64,000 nucleotides of DNA from an uncultured Bacteroidota bacterium (GTDB lineage: Bacteria; Bacteroidota; Ignavibacteria; UBA10030; UBA6906), in NCBI GenBank assembly GCA_963700635.1, contig CAVOYH010000004.1, positions 928,001 to 992,000 of the forward strand, read 5' to 3'. Below the pieces are notes generated by a model. It searched no databases. It had not been told where the DNA came from and was given only the letters and a program-made list of their open reading frames with translations. This document shows positions 1-9,424 of this stretch, piece by piece (the first letter of the stretch is position 1; each line of letters opens with the position of its first letter). The translations under genes and the position numbers were made by a program.

Positions 1-195
1 AGCTGCCACCACAGCTCCGTACGCTTCGGGTTCGATGTTGTACACATCGATGCCGGCGACAACCGGTGCGTGCCGGTATACTGCATAGGCGGCCGCATGG
101 GCATCAACCAGGAGGTCGGCACTTCGGGAGACTTCCCAGGGGGTTTTGTCGATAAACATTGCGGCATGTTCATACACGATGGGGGTAAATTCCAT
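1..195 (-). CDS. Uroporphyrinogen decarboxylase / MtaA-CmuA-like family protein, N-terminal part (runs off the window)
   Basis: Not in the ORF track. Hand translation from ATG at 195 gives MEFTPIVYEHAAMFIDKTPWEVSRSADLLVDAHAAAYAVYRHAPVVAGIDVYNIEPEAYGAVVAA. The 'D.YN.E.EA.G' motif fits URO-D-like proteins, and a GGAG RBS lies upstream. Confidence 0.65.
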   Translation of the reverse strand, partial: MEFTPIVYEHAAMFIDKTPWEVSRSADLLVDAHAAAYAVYRHAPVVAGIDVYNIEPEAYGAVVAA

Positions 196-393
196 TACAT
201 CTCCGGGAGAGGAAGAAGAGAAGGTTCTTACGCAAGATACGCGAGGGGCGGGCGAATATCAAGTGGGTCTGCTACCGGGATTCTCGTCCATTTCGAAGCA
301 GAGAATGTTTTGCTATAAAATCCTGGGCCGAGTTTCTCGGGGGGGGGGAGACGTCATCCACACGAAACAATCGAACTCAACAGTGGCACACGC

Positions 394-422
394 AGGGGGG
401 GCGAGCCACTGTCGCCCCCCCT
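394..422. terminator. 11-bp GC-rich stem-loop just downstream of the protease stop codon
   Basis: agggggggcga-gccactg-tcgccccccct. There is no clean U-tract on the minus strand, so orientation and function are uncertain. Confidence 0.5.
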
Positions 423-434
423 CTCATGTTTCTG

Positions 435-3155
435 TTATTTGAGCAGCAGCATCGTGCGAGTCTCGACCGACGTTCCGGCCTGGAGGCGGTACACGTACAT
501 CCCGCTCGCGTGACCGGTGGCGTCGAACCGCACGGTATAACTTCCTGCATGTTGAATGCCGTTCACCAGGACGGCCACTTCCCGACCCAGCACATCATAG
601 ACGACAAGCCGTACCCAGCCAGCGGTCTCCCCATGGAGCCGATACCCGATCGTTGTTGTCGGGTTAAATGGATTCGGATAGTTCTGATCCAGGGCGAAGC
701 TGGTCGGGAGCTCCGGCTGTTCCGACACGCCGGTTGCGGAGGCCGGGAGTTCGAAGGTCACATTCATCACCGGAGTTGCAGGCGAAATGTTCCTGATCGC
801 AAAGCCGCTCGGAGTTCCATTGGCCCACCGGAGCCTCGCGTGGTTGGGATCCGGATCGGTAGAAAGGAGATCGTATCCCATCGATGGGTCCGCTCCATCC
901 CAGAGGGCTTTTGCATTGTTGAACGGGGGGCCATAGATCGGCCGGAGCATCCTGATGGCCCTGCGTCCCCAATCGCCTGCTCCTACGGAAGCCCAATCAC
1001 TCGCCGACACGCCTGCCGGTGCGGGAACCGATCCGTAGACCGCCGGATCTTCCATAATATGCCACACCGCAAGACCGCTATCAGCGATGCCGGTGTCATA
1101 CTGTAGAGACCGACGCCGGTTCTCGACAATGTAGTATTCTTTCTCCCCATGAGCCGGATCCATGAGGATATATGCTCCTCCTGCGGCTTCGACCGGATGC
1201 ACATTGTAAACGCCGGGGCGCCTCACGATGGATGGCTGTAACCAGCCCAAACGGATCTTCTGGAAGGGATCCAGATGAGAATCGATGTAGGTTACGTCCA
1301 TCAGGGAGTATTGCCCGGCTGCATACGGTTGGAAGAAGCTGAAATACAAATCCGGCAGGTTCAGGAGCAGATGGCTGATCTCATGGGCGAACACGCCAAG
1401 ATTTATTGGCGATCCCGCGTACACTTCGGCGATCACCGGAATCCTGACACCGTCTACGACAAGCGGTTGCCAGGTCGGATATTGTTGAGAGGCAGGCACT
1501 CTGACGGTGCCAAATGGACTGTTTTGTGGAATGACGATAACAATCCCCAGCTCCTTGGGATCCAGTACTCCGTCGCCATCGTTGTCGTAGCTCGCATAGT
1601 TGAATGAGGCATCCGCTTTCGTGATCGCTTCCCACCATTTGCGCGTGTGGCCGGAGGTAAACCCATCCTGGTCCGCGTCGGTTGGATCGTCCGCAGCCCA
1701 GTAGAAAGAATACGGCTTGTCTGCTGCGAACCACCCGAAGATCCCCGCGTTGGAGATGCTGAACTCCGAGCCGGAATTTACGACAAAGTAGTCCGCCACG
1801 CTGGGATAACTTCCATGGATCGTATTGGTAATTGACCCCAGCGTGGGCGCGGGATCTGTGGGTCGCTGAGGGTCCCACAACAGGACGAGGATGGGATTGT
1901 TGCCGATCCGCGGTTTTACCGCCCCGAACCCGCTCGTCATATCGGGCCCGGCACAGGGAAACGCATATACCGTGATGTTCCTGTCACCGCAATATCCCGT
2001 ATTGCCAGCATCAACATGCCACTGAATGGTGACATGCTTCACGCCCGCAGATACGTTCTTCTTCACGAAGGTCATGCTTGAAGTTCCGTAATAGTTCGAT
2101 TCCCAGGTGAGGAGCGCGTCACTGGGCTCGCAGACTTCCCCATTCACCAGCGCCCGTACGAACATGCGTCCTGCGGACACATACGCCTCACCCTGGACGG
2201 TGATTGCCACCGTCGCGTTCCCAGGAACGTTTATGTCGGCCTCAAGGTCCGGCATGGCAACGAAGGAAGTAGAGGTAGTCTCCACCGGGAGACCGCTGGG
2301 TGCACTCGCCGAAATCAGCCCGCCTTGTGCTGAGGCAAGCGCGGAAGGATCAGACACTGCCACCGAAAGTGTATGATCCCCGATGTACGCCGTCCCTCCT
2401 CCATCGACCAGCCATTGGACTTTGACAACATGATTCCCCGCGCTGACGGCAGGCTTAACAAACGACATCGTATGGGCCTCAAGGTCAAAGCTGCCGGCTA
2501 TGATGACATCGCTTGGTGACGCCGCTGTGCCGTCGACGAGCACACGAAGGCCGGTCCGCTTGCCGCTGGTGCAAAAGACCTCGGCCGCAAAGGTAAGAAC
2601 CAACGGGCCGGTCGAAGGCGTTGTGATGTTCAACGACATCCCTGGAACATCCTGCCAGCTTGATGACGTCGTGCTCAGATAGGGACCACTGGGGCCTGCG
2701 ACGATATTGACAAGGGTCGGCGCAGTGATGACCCACATGGTTCTGTCGGCAAAGCTCGCCGTGCCTCCAGCGTCCACCTTCGTCTGGAACCGGACGCGAT
2801 GCATACCGGTTCCGATGGTTGCAGCAAATTGAAACATGTGGCAATAGTCGTGCAGTTCGGACGAGAAAACGATGTCCGACGGGGATGCAGGGGCATCATC
2901 GATAAGCGCACGCACAAAGACCCGTTTCCCCGCCGAGGCAACTGCCTCAGAGGATATGCCTATGCACGCATTGCCGGCATTGTACTGATAGAACCACAAT
3001 TCGAGATCCTTGATGTCAACCCACGTCGTTGAGGTGGACGTCCAGTCAGGCCCGCTGGGAGACGCTTTGGTATAGATGTGCCCCTGTCCCGCTGCGCTGG
3101 CAGCGAGCAAAAGCACTACGATCAGGGTGGCGAGTAGACGGTACGTTTGTTTCAT
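435..3155 (-). CDS. Secreted M6-family (immune inhibitor A-like) metalloprotease with three N-terminal ~120-aa repeats and a T9SS type A C-terminal sorting domain
   Basis: Signal peptide MKQTYRLL...ASAAGQ follows a GGAGG RBS, so the start is moved from 3221 to 3155. Zinc motif HEISHLLLNLPDLY, then YSLMD, HLDPFQKIRLGW, EYYIVENR and SGLAVWHI. C-terminus is SFALDQNYPNPFNPTTTI...SGMYVYRL...MLLLK. Confidence 0.85.
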   Translation of the reverse strand: MKQTYRLLATLIVVLLLAASAAGQGHIYTKASPSGPDWTSTSTTWVDIKDLELWFYQYNAGNACIGISSEAVASAGKRVFVRALIDDAPASPSDIVFSSELHDYCHMFQFAATIGTGMHRVRFQTKVDAGGTASFADRTMWVITAPTLVNIVAGPSGPYLSTTSSSWQDVPGMSLNITTPSTGPLVLTFAAEVFCTSGKRTGLRVLVDGTAASPSDVIIAGSFDLEAHTMSFVKPAVSAGNHVVKVQWLVDGGGTAYIGDHTLSVAVSDPSALASAQGGLISASAPSGLPVETTSTSFVAMPDLEADINVPGNATVAITVQGEAYVSAGRMFVRALVNGEVCEPSDALLTWESNYYGTSSMTFVKKNVSAGVKHVTIQWHVDAGNTGYCGDRNITVYAFPCAGPDMTSGFGAVKPRIGNNPILVLLWDPQRPTDPAPTLGSITNTIHGSYPSVADYFVVNSGSEFSISNAGIFGWFAADKPYSFYWAADDPTDADQDGFTSGHTRKWWEAITKADASFNYASYDNDGDGVLDPKELGIVIVIPQNSPFGTVRVPASQQYPTWQPLVVDGVRIPVIAEVYAGSPINLGVFAHEISHLLLNLPDLYFSFFQPYAAGQYSLMDVTYIDSHLDPFQKIRLGWLQPSIVRRPGVYNVHPVEAAGGAYILMDPAHGEKEYYIVENRRRSLQYDTGIADSGLAVWHIMEDPAVYGSVPAPAGVSASDWASVGAGDWGRRAIRMLRPIYGPPFNNAKALWDGADPSMGYDLLSTDPDPNHARLRWANGTPSGFAIRNISPATPVMNVTFELPASATGVSEQPELPTSFALDQNYPNPFNPTTTIGYRLHGETAGWVRLVVYDVLGREVAVLVNGIQHAGSYTVRFDATGHASGMYVYRLQAGTSVETRTMLLLK

Positions 3156-3525
3156 GGTATCCTCCATTGATATGTCAATCCTTGCGTCCGGGGTATTTGA
3201 GAGATTTGCCCGATCGAACATACCAGACTTTCGTTTTCCGTGAAGGTGCCCCGCGTCGGCGACGGTGCAGCAGGTGTGTCACTGCAGCCGGGATACGCCG
3301 GACAATGTGCACCGCACAGGAGTAGAAGTGTTTTGGCTTTGTGAGGGGTGAAAACACGGGTGCTCCGTTGACTCCGGTCAAAGTACATTCTTGGAGGAAC
3401 GCAGACAAGATGAGGCGAAGACTATTCCGTATAGTGATGAATCATCATGCCGTTCGGGGGGCAGAAACGTGCATTCTTAGCAGGAGCGCCGAGTAGAGCA
3501 GTTCAGGCCGGATGACTGCGGGGTG

Positions 3526-4167
3526 TCAGAGGATATCTTTGTTGTGAAGTGCGAACTGAAGAAGTTTGTGGGGGCCTTCCAGGCGCAATTTTTCGCAGAT
3601 ATGTGATCGGTGGTTGTTCACGGTATGGTGGCTGATACTGAGATCTTCTGCAATTTCCTTGCTGGTCTTCCCTGCTCCTATCATCGCGAGGATCCTTCGT
3701 TCTGTCGGGCTGAGCCGGCTCACGCCGGGGGGAGAGTCGTTCCCCTGCCCTGCTGCCCGGAGGACCAGGATCTCCGACATAGTCGGTGCGATGTAGTGTC
3801 TTCCCTGTGCCACGGTCCGCAGGCACGCCATCAGTTCCCCGGGTGCACCTTCTTTAAGCAGATAACCGAGGATCCCAAGGTCCATGGCTTCCCGGAAATA
3901 TTCGTGGTCGCGGTACATTGTCAGAATGACAAATGCACATTCCAGGCCCCGTGCCTTTGCAGCCCGGACCACGTGCAACCCATCCATCACGGGCATGCTG
4001 ATATCCAGCAGGGCGATGTCTGGCGTGAGGTTGTTCAACAGTTCCAGGGCCTGTTGGCCGTTTTCTGCCTCACCGGCCAGATAGAATTCCGTGCTATCGC
4101 AGAGAATTTCTACAAGACCCTTACGAAAAATGGGATGGTCATCGGCGATTACAACGGATTTTGACAT
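3526..4167 (-). CDS. NarL/FixJ-family response regulator (REC + LuxR HTH)
   Basis: IADDH, LLDISMP, VILT and GYLLK in the receiver domain; LSPTERRIL...GKTSKEIAEDLSISHHTVNNHRSHICEKL in the HTH. Confidence 0.95.
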   Translation of the reverse strand: MSKSVVIADDHPIFRKGLVEILCDSTEFYLAGEAENGQQALELLNNLTPDIALLDISMPVMDGLHVVRAAKARGLECAFVILTMYRDHEYFREAMDLGILGYLLKEGAPGELMACLRTVAQGRHYIAPTMSEILVLRAAGQGNDSPPGVSRLSPTERRILAMIGAGKTSKEIAEDLSISHHTVNNHRSHICEKLRLEGPHKLLQFALHNKDIL

Positions 4168-4203
4168 GACCCTTTTTCCTCTCAGTGTCTCTTCCGGCTG
4201 GAC

Positions 4204-7200
4204 TCAGCCTGCCACCGGCCGTGAATCCGTCGTCAATGGAATGTTGAATCGAACGGTCGTTCCCTTTCCGGGAGCACTCTCGATAGCCATGTCACCTTCC
4301 AGCAATCGAATCCGTTCTGCCATGTTCACAAGTCCGTGTCCTGTACTGTCTCCGGGAGAACCCTCGACGGCATTAAAACCCCTGCCATCGTCAACAATCG
4401 AGAGGACAGCATGGTCTTTGTCCCGGACAAGGGATATATGGCACAGTGAGGCATGGGAGTGCTTGATGACATTGTTGAGGGCTTCCTGCACGATCCGGTA
4501 AATGTTGATCTCCTCGAAGGGTGAGAACAGATTATCGACCGGGTCTATGCTCATGGTCACGGTGAGAGAAGCGGCCTCTGCCATGCGCCGCACCGTGGCC
4601 TCAACAGTTCTCGTCAATCCGAGACGTTCCAGCATATGCGGGTGCAGATCTGAAGCAATCTGCCGGACTCCGTCGATAGCCTGGCGGATTGCTTCGCCAA
4701 GGACTGTTGCGAGAGATGCCGGTATGGCCCCGGATGGTATGCGGTCGATAGAGTGACTGATCGTGAGAAGGTCCTGACCGAGGCCATCATGGAGTTCTCC
4801 GGCGATTCGTTTTCTCTCCGCCTCTTGCGACTCGTTGAGTCTTCGGGAAAACTCGGATTGAAGGGCTTTCTCCCGTTGCAGGCGTTTGATCCGCGTCCGG
4901 TAACCAAAGAATGCACCGGAGCTAAGGAGAAGGAACACGAGCGCCCGAAACCAGAGAGTTTCCCAGTACGGGGCGGCGATATGGATGCGGAGAGATGCTC
5001 CCCTGTCATTCCAGGTCCTGTCACTGTTGCTCCCCATTACCCGGAACAGATAGTCACCGCTTGCAAGGTTTGTATAGGATGCGAATCGCCGCGTGTTGGG
5101 TTCGGTCCAGCGGGAATCTACACCTTCGAGCATATAGCGGTAACAATTGAGTTCGGGGGAGGTATAGTCGAGCGCTGCGTATTCGAAGGCGATAGAGTTG
5201 TCCGAGGCCGGGAGCCGGATAACGCCGTCGGCGTCAGGTGGAGGGGCAGCACGGTCGAAGATGCGGCAGTGGGAGATACGAATGGGGGGAGGAAGGGTGT
5301 CAATGGGAAGCGCCTCCGGATCAAACATGTTCACTCCGTTGATGCCGCCCAGATACAACACTCCTCCGCGGCCTTTGTAGTAAGCGCCCTGGTTAAATTC
5401 AAAACTCTGGAGCCCGTCCGCCATGCCGAAGTTTCTAAATGTCCGTCGGGCAGGGTTGAAGCAACAGACACCCTTGTTCGTGCTCAGCCAGAGATTCCCC
5501 TTCGCATCTTCGAGAATCGCGTAGATAACATTGTTGGGCAATCCATCGGCCTCGGTGAGATGAGTGAAGGTCTTGTCTGTTCTGTTGAATGCATCCAGAC
5601 CTCCCCCGGCGGTGGCGATCCAGACTGTTCCCCTGGTGTCCTCGTGGAACGCATGGATGGTGTTGTGGGCCAACGATGTCGAGATTGTGTCGGCATGCCG
5701 GTAGTGGACAAAGGACCCCCGGGTCCGATCCAACACGCTGATTCCGGCGCCCCACGTTCCGATCCAGATATTCCCCAGTCGATCTTCCATGAGGGCATAA
5801 ATATAATTGCTGGCTATTTCATGCACTCCTGCGCCGGCAGAAACTGCGAATCGTTGTGACTGGTTCGTGGTCCTATCAAGCTCAAACAGTCCCCCGCCGA
5901 TAGTTCCCACCCAGAGCTTGCCGTCGCCTGACTCCAGGAAAGTCATGACATAATCCGGGCCGACGGATTCCCCCTGGTCCCGTGGTAAGCGGAAATTCTG
6001 GAATACGCCGCGCTCGTCGATCCGATCGATCCCGGTGCCACTGGTTCCGATCCAGAGCATGCCGTCACTGTCCTGGAGCAACGCCATGACCGTGTTCGAG
6101 CTGAGGTGGCCGGGACGCCCGGGGGCAGCAACGAAGCGTGTCATAGTGGGGCCGTCCTGGTTGTAGCAATCCAGACCCCCGCCGGCAGAGCCGATCCAGA
6201 GTCTCCCCTGCCGGTCCTCACAGAGTGCACGCACGACTGGATTTGCAAGGCTTGCGGGCCTGCCTGGATCATACCGGATGTGCCGAAAGCGAGCCCGGAG
6301 AGGGTCGAAATGGTTGACCCCACCGCCATCGACCCCGACCCACATAGTCTGCTCCCGGTCACGAAACAGCGAAAGAATCCGATCGGCGCTGAGTGCGGGG
6401 TGCGGACCGGACCTGTCGATCGTGATGATTCCTGTTGCGGGGTTCAGGCGGTTGACGCCACCTTCCTGCGTTCCAATCCAAAGCACCGTGTCGGCATCCA
6501 GGGCGAGCGAGCGAACGGTCATGCCACTCAGCCGCCTGGCAGGGGCACCGCCTGTACTGTAGGAGATCGTTGAGTTCGTTCTCGTGTCAAGGCATTTCAG
6601 CCCATCTTCGAACAACCCGACCCAGAGGTGCTTTTGCGCGTCAGGCATGAGGCAAAAGATCCTCCAGCCCTGTGTGCGTCCGTTTGTTCCCGATGTTCCC
6701 GGTATCGTCCGGAACCGCCCCTTCGGCCGATCAAACGTCGCAAGACCGTTCCATGTCCCGATCCAGACGTCGTTGTGTTCGTCGATCGCGAGCGAAGTGA
6801 TACGATCGTCCGGGATTTCGCCCGGATTCAACTGTTTTGAATAGCGGGTCCAGGTCCCCTTCGCGGGGTTGAAGGCATTCAATCCGCGCATCCACGTGGC
6901 CACCCAGAATATTCCCGAAGAGTCTTCTGCTATTGCCATGATCGAATTGCCGCTTGGCGAGTTCGCGTCCTCTGGTCGGTGAGGAAATCTCCGAAACGTC
7001 TCTGCTCCGGGCAGGAGGCAATTCAGCCCCCCGCCATAGGTGCCGACCCAGAGTGCGCCAGTCCGATCGACGAGCAATGCGGTGATGTTATCATCGGACA
7101 AGGAAGACGAATCACCCGCAACCTTGCGATAGACTTTGAACGATATTCCGTCGAACTTGTTGAGACCATCCTGTGTACCGAACCACACATACCCCTCATG

Positions 7201-7368
7201 GTCCTGTACGATGCAGTTGACAGCAGACTGGGAGAGACCGTGCTCCACGGAATAGCGCCGGAACTGAAGGGGATCAGTCGGGCGTGCCGGGATGGATGGA
7301 GTGATCGAGAGAACTGCGGCAAGAACGATCAGGGATCGTCGTGCGGTTCTCCGGCATTGGAGCCTCAT
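4204..7368 (-). CDS. Two-component sensor histidine kinase with periplasmic beta-propeller (Reg_prop) repeats, Y_Y_Y domain, TM helix, HisKA_3 and HATPase
   Basis: Many 'D..G.LW.GT.GGL' repeats, YTNLASGDYLFRV, ERKRIAGELHDGLGQ, QEALNNVIKHS, DDGRGF and GKGT. The start is uncertain (7368 or 7440). Confidence 0.92.
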   Translation of the reverse strand: MRLQCRRTARRSLIVLAAVLSITPSIPARPTDPLQFRRYSVEHGLSQSAVNCIVQDHEGYVWFGTQDGLNKFDGISFKVYRKVAGDSSSLSDDNITALLVDRTGALWVGTYGGGLNCLLPGAETFRRFPHRPEDANSPSGNSIMAIAEDSSGIFWVATWMRGLNAFNPAKGTWTRYSKQLNPGEIPDDRITSLAIDEHNDVWIGTWNGLATFDRPKGRFRTIPGTSGTNGRTQGWRIFCLMPDAQKHLWVGLFEDGLKCLDTRTNSTISYSTGGAPARRLSGMTVRSLALDADTVLWIGTQEGGVNRLNPATGIITIDRSGPHPALSADRILSLFRDREQTMWVGVDGGGVNHFDPLRARFRHIRYDPGRPASLANPVVRALCEDRQGRLWIGSAGGGLDCYNQDGPTMTRFVAAPGRPGHLSSNTVMALLQDSDGMLWIGTSGTGIDRIDERGVFQNFRLPRDQGESVGPDYVMTFLESGDGKLWVGTIGGGLFELDRTTNQSQRFAVSAGAGVHEIASNYIYALMEDRLGNIWIGTWGAGISVLDRTRGSFVHYRHADTISTSLAHNTIHAFHEDTRGTVWIATAGGGLDAFNRTDKTFTHLTEADGLPNNVIYAILEDAKGNLWLSTNKGVCCFNPARRTFRNFGMADGLQSFEFNQGAYYKGRGGVLYLGGINGVNMFDPEALPIDTLPPPIRISHCRIFDRAAPPPDADGVIRLPASDNSIAFEYAALDYTSPELNCYRYMLEGVDSRWTEPNTRRFASYTNLASGDYLFRVMGSNSDRTWNDRGASLRIHIAAPYWETLWFRALVFLLLSSGAFFGYRTRIKRLQREKALQSEFSRRLNESQEAERKRIAGELHDGLGQDLLTISHSIDRIPSGAIPASLATVLGEAIRQAIDGVRQIASDLHPHMLERLGLTRTVEATVRRMAEAASLTVTMSIDPVDNLFSPFEEINIYRIVQEALNNVIKHSHASLCHISLVRDKDHAVLSIVDDGRGFNAVEGSPGDSTGHGLVNMAERIRLLEGDMAIESAPGKGTTVRFNIPLTTDSRPVAG

Positions 7369-7485
7369 AAGGAGCTCGCGGTAAGGATCGAGAAGGGGGG
7401 TCTGTTGAGCGAATATAGCAGCCCTTTCTCGGGAAGTCAACAGGAGACTCTATCTGTTCAGTCATAATCGCCATTTCTCCGTCCG

Positions 7486-8874
7486 TCAGAATCCGGCAAC
7501 ATCGCGCATTCCGGTGCGGAGTGCGAACCACACGAACCGGAAGAAGGAGTCGTCCGGTTGGCGCAGGTATTTCACATCACCGATCTTCATCGCGCCGGAC
7601 TTGTCCGGCAGGTTAGTTCCGCGGATCGTGAAGGTGTTGGCAATGAACGAGGTAATACCGTCGACCAAACCCCCTTCACTGCCCGTCTGCTTATTGATGG
7701 CCGAAACGACAACGCCTTTATAGACGGCCCGTACGGTACCGCTGGCGCGGCCCGAGTCAACGTGTACGGTGAATGTTGCCGACTGAAGTACGCCCGCAAC
7801 AATGCGCATCTCTTCGGCTGTCTCGAGGAATGGGTTGAGCGCGGAAAGATTCATTCCACCCAATGAACCGGAGTATTGGAACGAAAACGCCGGCGATGCG
7901 ACAGGAATTGACATGTGTACCTTCATCGCCCCGGCCTTCATGAATTGGCCCTGTGCGTTCATGACTATAGCGGCACCGCTGTCGCCATGATTTGTAATAC
8001 CTTCCACCAGCACGTGTATGCTATCAAGAGTGATCAAAGCCGGCTTCTCGCCCACAGCGAATCTCTCACCGTACTTCACGCGTCCGTTGTGTATAGTCAG
8101 GCTATCAACCTGCAGGGCTTTCTGTATTGAAGAGAGAATCTCGTTTGGCATGAGGAGTGGCGCAGCATACTTGGCGGAGGGCTTGTCTTTGTTGATCAGC
8201 ACATCCAGGAACGGATCGCGGATGATAACGGAACGGGTACGGTAACTCTTCCCTTCCAGAAGTTCGAGACATGCCAAACCCACCACGCTGCACTGTGGAG
8301 TCGCCAGGCGGATGCGTGTGCTTCTGAATGTACTCCCTCTGAAGAACCCTTCATCGTCTGTCCGTGGATGAAGCTCCAGTAAATCAGCCACGATCTCCGA
8401 ATCCGGTACCGATATGCGCAGACTTTGACAATGTACTTCGTAGTTCGACTCCGGGAAGTGCATCGCGATCGTTTGGGCATCGAGGAGGGCGTCGGTACAG
8501 TCCATGGGTCCAAGTTGTCCACCCCAGAGAAGATGCATCCAGTCGATGCCGCTCACGGAGAGCGCACCAATGGTGCACGAGGCTGTCGTGTCAACTGCGT
8601 TCAGTGCAACGGAGTCACACTCAAAGCGGTTCTGTAAAACGCTGTACCTCATATCCCCGATGCGCACCGAGTACGCGGGATATGCTTCAGCAAAAGCTTC
8701 TGTTATTCCGGGCTTTATGAATCGATTCACAAGGGGGTCGGAGAAAAGCAGGAGAACCAGCACGCAGACCAACGTCAGTGCGCCCGTAACAACGGCAGCA
8801 TAGGACGCTATCTTCCGTGGTGATAGTTTTTGTCGGCCACTCGGTGGATGCTCATTCTGCATGCGCTGTATCAA
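7486..8874 (-). CDS. Membrane-anchored beta-rich protein, AsmA/DUF748-like
   Basis: 462-aa ORF with one N-terminal TM helix, a beta-strand-rich body and the C-terminal motif SFFRFVWFALRTG. Confidence 0.6.
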   Translation of the reverse strand: MIQRMQNEHPPSGRQKLSPRKIASYAAVVTGALTLVCVLVLLLFSDPLVNRFIKPGITEAFAEAYPAYSVRIGDMRYSVLQNRFECDSVALNAVDTTASCTIGALSVSGIDWMHLLWGGQLGPMDCTDALLDAQTIAMHFPESNYEVHCQSLRISVPDSEIVADLLELHPRTDDEGFFRGSTFRSTRIRLATPQCSVVGLACLELLEGKSYRTRSVIIRDPFLDVLINKDKPSAKYAAPLLMPNEILSSIQKALQVDSLTIHNGRVKYGERFAVGEKPALITLDSIHVLVEGITNHGDSGAAIVMNAQGQFMKAGAMKVHMSIPVASPAFSFQYSGSLGGMNLSALNPFLETAEEMRIVAGVLQSATFTVHVDSGRASGTVRAVYKGVVVSAINKQTGSEGGLVDGITSFIANTFTIRGTNLPDKSGAMKIGDVKYLRQPDDSFFRFVWFALRTGMRDVAGF

Positions 8875-9031
8875 CTTTCTGTGTTTGTCACGGTCGCATC
8901 CCGCCTGTTCTTCGCACTCTCGCGCCGACGGAACGTTCCATGGCTGCAGAGCTCACCGCACTCTCGCGAAGGCAGCCACCCCGAAGGCAATGTTCAAGCC
9001 GCTGGCAATCCTGCTCCCGCCAGGACGATTC

Positions 9032-9238
9032 TCACCCTGTCTTTGATTTGCGCAACAAACCGAACAGCCCCAGTACCGTTGCCATTGCGCCGCTCACCAG
9101 CAACCACATCGACTTATCAGTGGCTGAGCCAGTAAAAAACCGAGAAATGTCAGAGCTGGCTGAGTCATATGCATTGATGCCGAAAACCAGAAGAAGAAGG
9201 CCGCCGGCAAGTATCGCGAACGAGATTGCTTTGGTCAT
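9032..9238 (-). CDS. DUF3185 family small membrane protein
   Basis: 68 aa with two TM helices, the motif S.SSDISRFFTGS.TDK.MWLL and a GGAGG RBS. Confidence 0.8.
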   Translation of the reverse strand: MTKAISFAILAGGLLLLVFGINAYDSASSDISRFFTGSATDKSMWLLVSGAMATVLGLFGLLRKSKTG

Positions 9239-9259
9239 AAGGATACCTCCATTGTGGTG

Positions 9260-9424
9260 TCATCTATGTGGCCGTACGAACGCGTTACGGGGGTTTCGTC
9301 CGTTAATCACTTTGAATGGGACGGCCACGAGATCGATGAGCAATAGTACGTGGAGAAAGCCGCTCATGGTGCAGGATGTGATGAGCCCCAGGAACCAAAA
9401 GACGACGAGAACAACAGCGATAGT
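9260..9424 (-). pseudogene. Degenerate lmo0937-family (DUF5670) small membrane protein remnant
   Basis: The frame reads TIAVVLVVFWFLGLITSCTMSGFLHVLLLIDLVAVPFKVINGRNP..., matching the family pattern 'TIAV.L..LWLLG...S...GG.IH.LL.....GR'. No start codon lies between it and the upstream in-frame TGA. Confidence 0.6.

Noticed and set aside
3320-3497. Repeated 'gagtaga' as binding sites for the NarL regulator
   Set aside because: Only two 7-mers 170 bp apart; not distinguishable from chance.
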